A DNA stretch of 64,000 nt from Dehalococcoidia bacterium (GCA_963667515.2 CAXXXY010000009.1:10569-74568); one strand, 5' to 3'. Positions 20,438 through 37,877 are shown, numbered from the stretch's first letter. Translations and numbers: made by a program. Notes: generated from the sequence alone by a model not told the origin.

Positions 20438-21463
20438 ATGAGCGTCGAGCGCCCCGATCCGCTGCCGAGCACGCGCGCCACCGGCGCCTTCGAGCGCCGC
20501 GTGCAGCGCGCGCTGGCGCGCGTGGCGCCGCAGAAAACGTCGCTGGTGGTGGCGTGCTCGGGCGGGCCGGACTCCAGCGCGGCGCTGGTCGCGGTGGCGC
20601 GCGGTGGCTGGCCGGTGCACGCGGCGTGCTTCGACCACGGCCTGCGCCTGGGCGAGGAGACGGCCGCGGACCGCGCCGCCGTCGAGGGGCTCGCCGGGCG
20701 CCTCGACGTGCCGCTGCTCGTGGGTGCGGCGCGGTGGCGCGGCGGCCCCGCCTCGGAGGAGCGTGCGCGCGAGGCGCGCTACCGCTGGCTTGCGCGCGCC
20801 TGCGCCGAGGCCGGCGCCACGCTTTGCGTCACCGGCCACACGCTGGACGACCAGGCCGAGACCGTGCTGCTGCGCCTGGCGCGGGGCAGCGGGCTCGCGG
20901 GGGTGGCCGGCATGGCGGAGCTCGCGCTGTGGCCGGTGCGCGCGGTGCGCGGCGCGGCGCGGCTCTCGGTCGCGCGCCCGCTGCTGGGCGTGACGCGCGC
21001 CGAGGTCGAGCGCTACCTCGTCGCCCTCGGCGTCGAGGCGCGGCACGACCCGAGCAACGAGCAGCTCCGCTACGGCCGCAACCGCGTCCGTCGCCGCGTG
21101 CTCCCGGAGCTCGATCGCGTCCACACCGGCGCCGCGAGGTCGATCGCGCGCTTCGCCACGCTCGCCCGCCGCGACGAGGAGGCGCTGGAGGCGCTCGCCG
21201 CCGTCGAGCTCGCGCGGATCGCCTCCCGCGAGCGTGGCGCGGTGGCGCTCCCGCGGCGGGCGCTCGCTACGCTGCCGACGGCGATCGCCGCGCGCGTGCT
21301 GCGCCAGGCGGCGCGCGAGCTCGGCCTCGAGCCGGACGCCGGCCAGCTCGCGGCGCTGGCGCGTGCCGCCCGCAGGCGCGGCACGCGCGTCGACCTCGAG
21401 GGGGGGCGCGGCGTCTCGGGCGGCGCGGCCCTCCGCCTCGAGCGCGGCGCTCCGCGGGGGTAG
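20438..21463 (+). CDS. tilS: tRNA(Ile)-lysidine synthetase (short form)
   Basis: SGGPDS, DHGLR, EERAREARY, GHTLDDQAET, DPSN, RNRVR. Confidence 0.93.
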   Translation: MSVERPDPLPSTRATGAFERRVQRALARVAPQKTSLVVACSGGPDSSAALVAVARGGWPVHAACFDHGLRLGEETAADRAAVEGLAGRLDVPLLVGAARWRGGPASEERAREARYRWLARACAEAGATLCVTGHTLDDQAETVLLRLARGSGLAGVAGMAELALWPVRAVRGAARLSVARPLLGVTRAEVERYLVALGVEARHDPSNEQLRYGRNRVRRRVLPELDRVHTGAARSIARFATLARRDEEALEALAAVELARIASRERGAVALPRRALATLPTAIAARVLRQAARELGLEPDAGQLAALARAARRRGTRVDLEGGRGVSGGAALRLERGAPRG

Positions 21464-21545
21464 CGGCGCTCGAAGTGCGGCGCGCTACATAAGAGGCGAG
21501 CGAGCGCCAGCACTGGACTATCCTGGGAGCGCGTGGCCTCGACGC

Positions 21546-21574
21546 TTGACCGAGAGAGCGGACGCAGATAGCAT
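21546..21574 (+). promoter_or_regulatory. rRNA operon sigma70 promoter
   Basis: TTGACC-17 bp-TAGCAT about 200 bp upstream of 16S. Confidence 0.7.
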
Positions 21575-21777
21575 TCCCGATCGTATGGTCAGGCTGGACC
21601 CAGTGGGCTCGGCGCGCACATTAACAACTGGATAGCTAGCAGAATCTGTAGCAGGGTCTCCGTTGACCCGCTCGGAGCTGCGTGTGTCTCGAGGGTGTCG
21701 GCTTCGGCCGAGGCTCGCGGGTCCGCGTGCTCCGGCGGTAATCAGCACTACAAGGCCGCCTCTGTGAGGCGGCTCTT

Positions 21778-23264
<1,487 letters not shown>

Positions 23265-23503
23265 TAGGGAGTCACTTGCCGGATTCGGGGAGGCGTACGG
23301 TGTACGCGTTTCCCCCCGGCCAGCTCCTGTCGACCGGACGGCCATCTACGCGTCTCGATCGAGCGATCGGTTGAGGCGGGGGAGCGCCCTACCCTGGGTG
23401 GCCGCCCGTTAGCACTGGGCCCCGTTGGCCCTGCACGGGGGATTCTGCTAGCTATCCAGCTGTCGATGTGCGCCCGGGTCGGGCTTGCCTGCGCACGAGC
23501 GAG

Positions 23504-23580
23504 GGGCCATTAGCTCAGCTGGCTAGAGCGCAGTCCTGATAAGACTGAGGTCCCTGGTTCGAGTCCAGGATGGCCCACCA
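23504..23580 (+). tRNA. tRNA-Ile(GAT)
   Basis: Cloverleaf, loop CTGATAA, CCA end. Confidence 0.97.
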
Positions 23581-23660
23581 GGCAACGCCTGCGTGGGCGA
23601 GCCGCCCGGTGGGATGCTGGTTGGGCGGCTCCTTCGTGAGAGCGCCCCGGGGCTGCTCCT

Positions 23661-23736
23661 GGGGCCGTAGCTCAGCTGGTAGAGCGCCGCCTTTGCAAGG
23701 CGGATGTCGGGGGTTCGAGTCCCCCCGGCTCCACCA
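23661..23736 (+). tRNA. tRNA-Ala(TGC)
   Basis: GGGGCCG acceptor with G3:U70, loop TTTGCAA, CCA end. Confidence 0.97.
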
Positions 23737-24008
23737 CCAGGCCGCTCACACGCACGAATCGACGAGACGCCTGCGGCGACACGAGCGCTGCTGCGCGGAG
23801 CCGAGCCGCAACCCGCAGCTCGGCACCGCGCAGCGGCGCTCGATGGTAGCGCCGGCGTCCCGGGAGGCACCGCCTCCCGGGCTGTACCTTCACAACCGAA
23901 TACTGCGCAAGCAGATGAACATCGAGAAGTTCCGGGCACGCGCCCGACTCGATCGTCTTCGGGGACGGCCTCGGCGGCGGGCGGGATCGCGGCGTGTGCG
24001 TGACGAAG

Positions 24009-26953
<2,945 letters not shown>

Positions 26954-27126
26954 CTTCGCCACGCACCGGCGTGATCCCCGAGCAGGGGATGCGCGCCCGG
27001 ACTCTCGATGATCGTCTGGCGCAGTATTCGTGGGGGAAGGCCCACGGGCTGCGGCGCTCGCCGCCAGCAAGCGGTGCTACACTCGTGGGGAGACGTGAGG
27101 TTACGGGAGTGCGGACGAGCGTGCGT

Positions 27127-27201
<75 letters not shown>

Positions 27202-27210
27202 GCGATCAAC

Positions 27211-27242
27211 ACGAGGGCGGGGCCGCATGGCCCCGCCCTCGT
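27211..27242 (+). terminator. 14-bp hairpin after tRNA-fMet
   Basis: ACGAGGGCGGGGCC-GCAT-GGCCCCGCCCTCGT. Confidence 0.6.
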
Positions 27243-27423
27243 TGCGTCTGCGCGTCTGCGCGTCGGTGCCGGGCTGCGTGGCTCGGGCGGTCGTCGTGGG
27301 GCTGGTGTGCCTGTGCGGCCGCGTGGGGCGACGTGGGGGCGCGAGGATCGGCGGGTCCACGCCGGTGTGGGCACTCGCAGGGCGGGCACTTGCCGATAGC
27401 TCGCGCGGCGAGGGATACTCGCG

Positions 27424-27544
27424 GTCCTGGTGGTTAGAGCGCGGCGGACCCACCCGTTCCCATCCCGCACACGGAAGTGAAACGTCGTAGCGCTGACGAT
27501 ACTCCCCGGGCAACTGGGCGCGGAAAATAGGCCACCGCCAGGAC
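27424..27544 (+). rRNA. rrf: 5S rRNA
   Basis: GTCCTGGTGG..CCGCCAGGAC helix I, CACCCGTTCCCATCCCG, CACGGAAGTGAA; hairpin follows at 27548-27577. Confidence 0.93.
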
Positions 27545-27722
27545 TATGCGAGCCATCCCGGCAACGGGGTGGCTCGCTGCCTTTCCGCCACGTGCGCCGC
27601 GGCCGCGCCCGAGGGTCGGGCGAGCCCGCGGCGCGTGCTATCATGTGTCCTCGCGCGCGAGGGGCCGCGGGCCGAAGGGCCGAAGCCGCCGTGCGCACAT
27701 CTCGACCCTGGAGGCCCGCTCA

Positions 27723-29396
27723 GTGACTAACGTCCCGACCCCGCCCGAGATGTCCGCGCCCGCCGAGGCGCCGCCCGAGCCCCCGGCCACGAGCGAGCCA
27801 CCCGTCGCCCCGGCGGCCACGAGCGAGCCACCCGTCGAGCCCGCCCTCGAGGAGATGCCCGAGGAGATGGACATGGCGGCGCTGCTCGACAGCGTCGGCG
27901 TGGGGCAGCCGCGACAGCTGAAGCGCGGCGACGTGCTCGAGGGCGTGATCATGAGTGTCGAGCGGGACGGCCTGCTCGTCAACATCGGCTTCAAGTCGGA
28001 GGGCGTCGTCCCGACCGGGGAGATGCACTCGCTCGGCTCGGACCCGCTTACGAAGCTCAGCGTGGGGGACAAGCTGCACGTCTTCGTGGTGCAGCCGGAG
28101 ACCGCCGACGGCCAGGTCTGGCTCTCCGTGGACCGCGCGCGCGGTGAGCAGGGCTGGTTGATCCTCCAGGACCGCTTCGAGAGCGGCGAAATCTTCGACG
28201 CCGAGATCACCGGCTACAACAAGGGCGGCCTGCTGGCGAACGTCGAGGGCGTCAACGCCTTCATCCCGATGTCGCAGGTGGTGGGCGCGAAGCCCGGCAG
28301 CGACGGCGCCAACCCGCTCTCGGCGCAGGTGGGGCGCGGCATGCGCCTCAAGGTGATCGAGATCAATCGACGCCGCAACCGCGTCATCCTGTCGGAGCGC
28401 GCGGCGATGCAGGAGTGGCGCGCGGAGCAGAAGGATCGCCTGCTCGAGGAGCTGACCGAGGGCGAGATCCGCACGGGCACCGTCACCTCGATCCGCAATT
28501 TCGGCGTCTTCGTCGACCTTGGCGGCGCGGACGGCCTCGTCCACCTCTCGGAGCTCTCCTGGGATCGCAACGCCTCGCCGGAGGACCTCTTCAAGGTCGG
28601 CGCGCCGGTCTCGGTCTACGTGATGAAGGTCGACCAGGAGAGCAAGAAGATCGCGCTCTCGATTCGGCGCGCCTACCCCGAGCAGTGGGAGGAGCTGGTC
28701 ACCCGCTACACGGTCGGCGACGTGGTGCCGGGCGTGGTCACGAAGATCGTCCCCTTCGGCGCCTTCACGCGCCTCCCGGGGCCCGTCGAGGGCCTGGTGC
28801 ACGTCTCCGAGGTCGTCGACCGCCGCATCGCGCACCCCGAGGAGGTGCTCGCCGAGGGCGACATCGTGCCGGTGAAGATCGTGCGCATCGAGTACGACCG
28901 CCACCGCCTCGGCCTGTCGCTGCGCGAGGGCCGCCGCGAGGCCGAGCTGCGCGGCTGGCAGTTCGATGACGATGGCCGGGTCGTCGGCATCGGCGCCGAC
29001 GGCGTCGCGGAGTTCGCGCAGGAGTCCGCGGAGGCCGAGCTGCGGCTCGCATCGCTCCGCGAAGGCCTCACCGAGCGTCGCGCGCAGCGTGAGGCGCAGG
29101 CCGCCGCGAGCGCTGGCGCCGGCGGGGAGCGCGGCGGCGCCGCCGCGCCCGACGAGGGCCCCGTGCTCACGGCGATGCAGGCGGCGATGAAGCAGGCGCA
29201 TGAGCAGCTCGAAGCAGAGCGCGAAGCCGCCTCGCCGACCGCCGGCGTCGCTGAGGCGACTGCCGAGCCCGAGGCTGCCGCCGCCGAGGCCGCCGCCGCC
29301 GAGCCCGAGGCCGCCGCCGAGCCCGAGGCTGCCGCCGCCGAGGCCGCCGCCGCCGAGCCCGAGGCCGCCGCCGAGGAGCCGCCCCCCACGGCCTAG
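27723..29396 (+). CDS. rpsA: 30S ribosomal protein S1 (4 S1 domains plus Ala/Glu tail); start uncertain
   Basis: IGFKSEG, NKGGL, FGVFVDLGGADGLVHLSELSW, FGAF..VEGLVHVSE. Confidence 0.92.
   Translation: MTNVPTPPEMSAPAEAPPEPPATSEPPVAPAATSEPPVEPALEEMPEEMDMAALLDSVGVGQPRQLKRGDVLEGVIMSVERDGLLVNIGFKSEGVVPTGEMHSLGSDPLTKLSVGDKLHVFVVQPETADGQVWLSVDRARGEQGWLILQDRFESGEIFDAEITGYNKGGLLANVEGVNAFIPMSQVVGAKPGSDGANPLSAQVGRGMRLKVIEINRRRNRVILSERAAMQEWRAEQKDRLLEELTEGEIRTGTVTSIRNFGVFVDLGGADGLVHLSELSWDRNASPEDLFKVGAPVSVYVMKVDQESKKIALSIRRAYPEQWEELVTRYTVGDVVPGVVTKIVPFGAFTRLPGPVEGLVHVSEVVDRRIAHPEEVLAEGDIVPVKIVRIEYDRHRLGLSLREGRREAELRGWQFDDDGRVVGIGADGVAEFAQESAEAELRLASLREGLTERRAQREAQAAASAGAGGERGGAAAPDEGPVLTAMQAAMKQAHEQLEAEREAASPTAGVAEATAEPEAAAAEAAAAEPEAAAEPEAAAAEAAAAEPEAAAEEPPPTA
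29262..29369 (+). repeat. 2x54 bp coding tandem repeat
   Basis: Encodes AEPEAAAAEAAAAEPEAA twice. Confidence 0.85.
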
Positions 29397-29452
29397 CCGC
29401 CAGTCCCTCCAGCACTTGCCTGGCGACTAGTTGTACTACCCAGGAAGGTTGT

Positions 29453-30391
29453 TCACAGGCGGGAGGCGGGGACGGCCCCGCCGACGCCGCCGTGCGGTCG
29501 GCGGTGATTGTAGCGGTAGAGCCAGCGTGGGAGCTGGCGCAGCCGCTCGGCGTTGGAGCGGTAGGGGCGGGCGTAGGCCCACTCGTTCTGCAGGATCTGG
29601 ATGAAACGCTCGGCTTTGCCGTTCGTCTGCGGGCGGTAGGGCCGCGTGTGCGACAGCCGCACGTCTGCGGCAGCGGCGGCGCCGTGGAAGCTGCGGGCGA
29701 CGGTGTAGGCCTTCGCGTTGTCGGTCAGGACCCGGCGCACGCGCACGCCACGCCGGCGGAAGGCCGCGAGCGCCTGCTCGAGGAAGGCGGCGCAGCTCGC
29801 GCCACGCTCGTCGGGCAGGACGGAGACGTAGGCGTAACGGCTGTGGTCGTCGACGGCGACGTGTAGGTACTCCAGCCCCAGCGAACGCCGCGAATGCGGC
29901 CCGGAGCGCGTCTCGGCGAAGCCAGGCGCCATTCGCTTGCCGCCGCCCTCGGGGACGCGCCCGAGCTTCTTCACGTCGAGATGCAGCAGGTCGCCGGGGG
30001 CGTCGTGCTCGTAGCGGACCGGCTCCCGGGTGACGCGGTGCAGGCGGTCGAGCCGGTTGAGGCCGCGGCGCCGCAGCACGGCGTAGACCGTGGAGCGGGC
30101 GACCCCGAGCGCCCACTGGATGCGATGCGGCCCGAATCCCTGCGTGCGTCGCACGGCGCAGATGCGTCGCTCCAGCTCGGGCGGCGTGCGCCGGGGATGC
30201 GCGCGCGGGGCGGAGCTGCGGTCCTCGAGCCCTGCCGCTCCCTCCGCCCGGAAGCGCCCCAGCCACTTGGCAACGGTGTGGCGGGAGACGCGGAAGTGGC
30301 GAGCGACCTCAGCCTGGGGCCAGCCGGCGTCCACTTCCCGCACGAGCTCGAGTCGGGTCAGCGGCGTCAGCCGCGCGTTACGATGGGCCAT
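29453..30391 (-). CDS. IS481 transposase (intact)
   Basis: 312 aa, same translation as copy 3. Confidence 0.95.
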   Translation of the reverse strand: MAHRNARLTPLTRLELVREVDAGWPQAEVARHFRVSRHTVAKWLGRFRAEGAAGLEDRSSAPRAHPRRTPPELERRICAVRRTQGFGPHRIQWALGVARSTVYAVLRRRGLNRLDRLHRVTREPVRYEHDAPGDLLHLDVKKLGRVPEGGGKRMAPGFAETRSGPHSRRSLGLEYLHVAVDDHSRYAYVSVLPDERGASCAAFLEQALAAFRRRGVRVRRVLTDNAKAYTVARSFHGAAAAADVRLSHTRPYRPQTNGKAERFIQILQNEWAYARPYRSNAERLRQLPRWLYRYNHRRPHGGVGGAVPASRL

Positions 30392-30503
30392 GAGAGTGTC
30401 CTCTCCTCGCTACTGCCGTGCTGTCACACACAGCAGGGAGCCTGACCCGCTTTCCCGGACACCTAGGCCTGAGGCGACGATGTTGCCCAGGGAGGAGTCC
30501 TGG

Positions 30504-30791
30504 ATGCCCCGAGCCTACCCACCCGAGTTCCGCCGTCGTGCTGTCGAACTGGCCCGGCTGCGGGAGAAGCCGATCGTGCGGATCGCTGCGGACCTGGGGA
30601 TCGCCGGGTGGTGCCTGCACCGCTGGCTGCGGCAGGCCGATGTCGACGAGGGCCACAGAGAGGGCCTGACGAGCGACGAGCGGGCGGAGCTGGTGCGGCT
30701 GCGCCGGGCCAACCGCACCCTGGAGATGGAGAACGAGATTCTGAAGCGCGCCGCCGCCCTCTTCGCGCGCGAGAACGTGCTCCCAAAATGA
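30504..30791 (+). CDS. IS3 OrfA (HTH)
   Basis: MPRAYPPEFRRRAV..ENEILKRAA; CCCAAAA and ATGA overlap with OrfB. Confidence 0.9.
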   Translation: MPRAYPPEFRRRAVELARLREKPIVRIAADLGIAGWCLHRWLRQADVDEGHREGLTSDERAELVRLRRANRTLEMENEILKRAAALFARENVLPK

Positions 30792-31378
30792 GATACCGGC
30801 TGGTCCGTGAGCTTGCCGCCGACGGGGTCGTCGCGGCGGTGGCCTGCCGGGTACTCGCGGTCTCGACAGCGGGCTACTACGAGTGGCGAGAGCGGGCGCC
30901 CTCGGCCCGCGCCGTCGCCGACCAGGCGCTGAGCGAGCAGATCGTGGAGCTCCACGCCATGTCGCGAGGCAGCTACGGAGCGCCGCGGGTGCACGCCGAA
31001 CTGCGGCTCGGGCGGGGCGTCCGTTGCGGTCGCAAGCGGGTGGCACGGCTAATGCGGAGCGCAGGACTGCATGGAATCTACCGGCGGCGCGGGAGACACG
31101 CTCGCCCGGCGCCTGCCGTCCACGACGACCTGGTGCGCCGGCGCTTCGTGGCCGACGCGCTGGACCGGCTCTGGCTGACCGACATCACCGAGCACCCCAC
31201 GCGGGAGGGGAAGGTCTATTGCGCCGCCGTGCTGGACGTCTACTCACGGCGGATCGTGGGCTGGTCCATTGCTGACCACCTGCGCACCGAGCTTGTGGTC
31301 GACGCTCTGGAGATGGCCCGCTGGCGGCGACAGCCGACCCGGGGCGAGACCGTGGTGCACTCCGACCGGGGATCGCAG

Positions 31379-32827
31379 GGCGGATTCAAGTGGTCATCGC
31401 AACGCCTCGAGGTGAGGGGTTGTGATGGGAAGGTCACCGGGGTGGGCGGCGAAGGCGACAGGAAGGCCGGCGATGCGGTCTCCAGGCCGTCCACCGGTTG
31501 CGCGTCGTGAGCATCGCCAACGGTTCTGGCTGGCGATCTCAGAAGGGTTGTCGAGCGAGGATGCCGCTGCGGCGGCCGGTGTGTCTCCAGCCGTCGGAGC
31601 ACGCTGGTTCCGTGAAGGTGGTGGCATGCCAACAGCCAGTCCGGCGCCGCTGTTAGGGCGCTACCTATCGTTCGCTGAGCGCGAGGAGATCGCCATCCTC
31701 CGCGCCCAAGGCGCAAGCGGCCGAGCGATCGCCCGCCGGCTCCGCCGGGCTCCGTCGACGATCTCACGCGAGGTACGCCGGAACGCTGCGACACATAGCG
31801 GCAAGCTGGAGTATCGAGCGACCACGGCGCAGTGGCATGCCGACCGACGTGCGCAGCGTCCCAAGGTCGCCAAGCTCGGGCAACGACCAGCTCCATGGTT
31901 ACGTTCAGGAACGGCTGTCAGGCAGGATCGTCCGGCCCGACGGTGTGGGGGTGGTCGGCCCTGAGGTGCGCTGGATTGGCCGTCGACATGGGCGCCGTCA
32001 GCACCGACGCTGGGCCCAGGCGTGGAGCCCGGAGCAGATCTCGAACCGGCTGCAGGTCGACTTCCCTGATGATGCGTCGATGAGGATCTCCCACGAAGCG
32101 ATCTACCAGGCCCTGTACGTCCAGGGTCGCGGCGCGCTGCGGCGTGAGCTGATCGCATGTCTGCGTAGCGGACGAGCGTTGCGGGTGCCCAGGGCGCGAA
32201 CCCGCGGTCGCGGCAAGAAGTTCGTCAGCCCCGAGATCATGATCAGTCAGCGGCCCGCCGAAGCCGATGACCGCGCCGTTCCCGGCCATTGGGAGGGCGA
32301 TCTGATCCTCGGGCTGGGCAGCTCCGCGATCGGCACGCTCGTCGAGCGCACGACACGGTTCACCATGCTGCTGCACCTGCCCCGCATGGATGGCCACGGA
32401 CAGCAACCCACCGTCAAGAACGGCCCCCCGCTGGCCGGTCACGGCGCAGAGGCGGTGCGTGACGCGATCACGGCCTCGATCACGACGCTGCCCGACCAGC
32501 TGCGTCGCTCGCTTGCCTGGGACCAGGGAGCGGAGATGGCCCAGCACGCGCAGCTGCGCATCGACACCGGCCTGCCGATCTACTTCTGCGACCCTCGCAG
32601 CCCCTGGCAGCGTGGCAGCAACGAGAACACCAACGGCCTGCTGCGTCAGTACTTCCCCAAAGGCACCGACCTGTCCCAGCACTCTGCCGAGGACCTCGCC
32701 GCCGTCGCTCTCGCGCTCAACACTCGACCCCGCAAGACCCTCGGATGGAAGACTCCCGCCGAGGCACTCAACGAACACCTACTCTCCCCTGCACAAGGCG
32801 GTGTTGCGACGACCCCTTGAACCCGAG
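31379..32827 (+). mobile_element. IS30-family element
   Basis: Imperfect TIRs GGCGGATTCAAGTGGTCATCGCAAC / GTTGCGACGACCCCTTGAACCCGAG; CAG duplicated. Confidence 0.9.
31425..32820 (+). pseudogene. IS30 transposase, frameshift near 31878
   Basis: YLSFAEREEI, STISREVRRN in one frame; WSPEQI, PGHWEGDL, DQGAE, QRGSNENTNGLLRQY in another. Confidence 0.88.
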
Positions 32828-33430
32828 CAGTACACGTCGTGGGCCTTCGGGCACCGCCTCCGCACCGCCGGCCTGCTCGGCTCGATGGGCCGGGTCGCGT
32901 CGGCTGTCGACAACTCGATGATGGAGTCGTTCTTCGGGACGCTGCAGCTCGAGCTGCTCGACCGCCGCAGCTGGACGACCCGGGCCGAGCTCGCCTCCGC
33001 GATCTTCGAATGGATCGAGGGCTGGTATAACCCGCGCCGCCGTCACACCTCGATCGGCGATCTCAGCCCCGTGGAGTACGAAAGGAGGCCCGCCGCCGCC
33101 GCGGAAGCGGCATGATGTCTACACGTGAACTGTCCGGAGAACCGGGTCAGGCTCCGCAGCGGGCGAGGCCCCTCATCCTGTCAACAACCTACGTGGGAAC
33201 TACAGCTAGGCCCCGACGTGCTGGCCCGCCGCGGGGGCGGACGCCCGCCTGACAACGCGCGGGTCGGGGTTATCCGCAGTGACGCGCGCGCCTCCAGCGT
33301 CGATGATCCTCGTAGCCGAGCTGCGCTGCCGCGGGCCCGCGGCGCGCGCGAGTGAGGGGCGTCACGCGCGCCTCGATCGTGCCGAAAGGGCCGTGGTAGC
33401 CTGGATCGTGAGGACGGACGGAGTCATCTC

Positions 33431-35941
<2,511 letters not shown>

Positions 35942-35979
35942 CGCAGCTCCCTCGACCGGGCAGCATCGAGTCGCAGATC

Positions 35980-36005
35980 ACGAGGGGGCCGCACGGCCCC
36001 CTCGT
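35980..36005 (+). terminator. hairpin after clpC
   Basis: ACGAGGGGGCC-GCAC-GGCCCCCTCGT. Confidence 0.6.
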
Positions 36006-36154
36006 TGCGTCCCGACACCGGCGGGCGTGGGGCATCCCCACAGCCGGCGTCCGTCGACTCGCCTGTCAGTCCCGTTCCCGAGGTCGTCTCCGCGCGTCTT
36101 GTCGAAGCCCGGTCTGTACCGCTCCTGGTTTCTTGGACACATCGCTGGCGGTAA

Positions 36155-37057
36155 TCATGCGGCCGCCCCGGTGCGCAGCGAGAGCGCCTCGCGGACGGCG
36201 GCTGGGGTGCGGTGGCCGTGCCGTTCGACGAGCCAGTGCTGGTTGTAGCGCTGCTTGAAGGCGAGCAGCGCCTGGCGTAGCTCCTCCACCGTCTCGAAGT
36301 GCTCCACCCACAGCAGCTGCTCCTTCAGCGTGCGGATGAAGCGTTCCGCGCAGCCGTTGCCCTCGGGCGCGGCTACGAAGGACGGGCTGGAGCGGATGCC
36401 GAGGAAGCGCAGCTCCTCCTGAAAGTGGTCGCTCAGGTACTGGCTGCCGTGGTCGTGGCGGAGAGCGAGTCCCCGCGCGAGGTCCGCCTCGTAGCCGTCG
36501 AAGTGCTCCCGGAGCCCCTGCCGCAGCGGCTCCAGCGCCTCGAAGCGCGTGCCCGGTCGCGCCGCGTGGATGCCGATGCACTCCTGCGTGCAGTGATCGA
36601 CGGCGATGAAGACGGTGGCGTTCCCCTCGCGGGTGGTGAGGCAGGAGGTCGCGTCGGTCCCCCACATCTCGTCAGGCCGCTCGGTGGTGATCGTCCCGTC
36701 GTGCACCCGCGGTCCGCGCCGACGCCCGACGCGGGTCGGGGCGAGCAGTCCCGCCTCCCGCATCAGCCGCAGCACCCGACCCTTGGAGGTGCGCACGCCA
36801 GCCAGCCGCAGCCGCGCCCAGGCCTTGCGATAGCCCTCGCCCAGGAACGGTGAGCCGGAGAGCACAGCGCGGATCTGCTCGGTGAGCGCCTCGTCCGTCC
36901 ACGCCTGCCTCGGCCCGCGCTTCGCTGCTGGCCGCAGAGGCCGTCGCGCCCGTGCCCGCCGCTCGTAGACGGTCGAGCGCGGGACCTCCCACAGCTGGCA
37001 GATGCGCGTCGTGCCGTACGGCCGTCCCGTGGAGGGCGAGGTGGTTCGACTCATCAC
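36155..37057 (-). CDS. IS3-family transposase OrfB
   Basis: GEGYRK, WGTDAT, HDHGSQY, EGNGCAERFIRTLKEQ. Confidence 0.92.
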   Translation of the reverse strand: MMSRTTSPSTGRPYGTTRICQLWEVPRSTVYERRARARRPLRPAAKRGPRQAWTDEALTEQIRAVLSGSPFLGEGYRKAWARLRLAGVRTSKGRVLRLMREAGLLAPTRVGRRRGPRVHDGTITTERPDEMWGTDATSCLTTREGNATVFIAVDHCTQECIGIHAARPGTRFEALEPLRQGLREHFDGYEADLARGLALRHDHGSQYLSDHFQEELRFLGIRSSPSFVAAPEGNGCAERFIRTLKEQLLWVEHFETVEELRQALLAFKQRYNQHWLVERHGHRTPAAVREALSLRTGAAA

Positions 37058-37404
37058 CTCGACCTCCGGCGTGCCAAAGGGAGTCCTGCCTCCAGCTGAT
37101 GCGCGCGCTGGAGCAGGAGCTCGTTCGCCATCGTGATCTCGCCGACTTTCGCCTGCAGTCGGTGGATCTCCTCGTCACGCTCGTCGGCAGGCCGGCTCGT
37201 GAGCGAGGCCCGGCCGGCGGCGAGGAAGCGCTCGCGCCACTGCGACAGCGTCGCTGCGGTCACCCCCAGCTCGCGCGAGAGCGCGTCCAACTCCTCGCCG
37301 CGCAGCAGCCTCAGCACCGCCTCGCTCTTCCGTCGCGAGGAGAAGCGACCGCGTTCCGTTCGCGACGCACTACGCCCGTTCAATCCCTGTGCGGAGCTGG
37401 TCAT
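37054..37404 (-). CDS. IS3-family OrfA (HTH)
   Basis: RFSSRRKSEAVLRLLRGE..LQAKVGEITMANELL. Confidence 0.85.
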   Translation of the reverse strand: MTSSAQGLNGRSASRTERGRFSSRRKSEAVLRLLRGEELDALSRELGVTAATLSQWRERFLAAGRASLTSRPADERDEEIHRLQAKVGEITMANELLLQRAHQLEAGLPLARRRSR

Positions 37405-37469
37405 GGACACCTCCTCTGCCGGGGCAGCCTGCCCCAATCAGGTGTCCAAGAAAACCGTGGACCGGGAGA

Positions 37470-37877
37470 GAACGCACTAGCTCCAGCCCGCGCGCTCTTC
37501 TTCGCCGCTCGCATGCCGCTCAGCCCCAGCTTCACCCCTCGCATCGCGGCCGCTGGGCGCGGTTGTTGCAGCAGTCGGAGGACGCGCAGCATCCGGACCG
37601 CTCGCAGCACCCTGAATATCCGGAAGTAGGGGATGACTAGCAGGATGCTCAGCCAGTGGCGCCGTACGAACGCGACAGCTGGGAGGTTCACGCGGTAGTA
37701 GAGGACGGCGAGATCAGCGACGAAGACGGCGAGCAGGCCGAGACCAAGACGGTCGGCGAGCTTAGTGTCCAGCGGCGAGACGGGCGTCAGGGCGACGACG
37801 AACAGCGTGAGCCACACGACGGTGGCCACGTCGACGAAGATCCGCCATTGCTTCGCGCGCGGGATCGTGCGTTCCAC
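37470..37877 (-). CDS. voltage-sensor-like (ion transport S1-S4) protein, C-terminus cut by IS
   Basis: Hydrophobic helices, F..D in S2, S4-like FRIFRVLRAVRMLRVLRLL; GTG 6 nt after TACGAT. Confidence 0.7.

Larger units (their letters stand above)
30788..33115 (+). pseudogene. IS3 OrfB integrase, split by IS30 (30788-31378 + 32828-33115)
   Basis: YGAPR, WLTDIT, HSDRGSQ|YTS, DNSMMESFFGTL. Confidence 0.9.
30437..33155 (+). mobile_element. IS3-family element
   Basis: TIRs GGAGCCTGACCCGCTTTCCCGGACA / TGTCCGGAGAACCGGGTCAGGCTCC; GCAG duplicated on both sides. Confidence 0.93.
29431..33205 (-). mobile_element. IS481 copy 2 carrying nested IS3 and IS30 elements
   Basis: CTAG at 29427-29430 and 33206-33209; same TIRs as the other copies; 5' UTR split at GCAG. 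Confidence 0.95.
36115..37469 (-). mobile_element. IS3-family element; right end approximate
   Basis: Imperfect TIR core TTTCTTGGACAC / GTGTCCAAGAAA; orfA plus orfB; no clear TSD. Confidence 0.85.
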
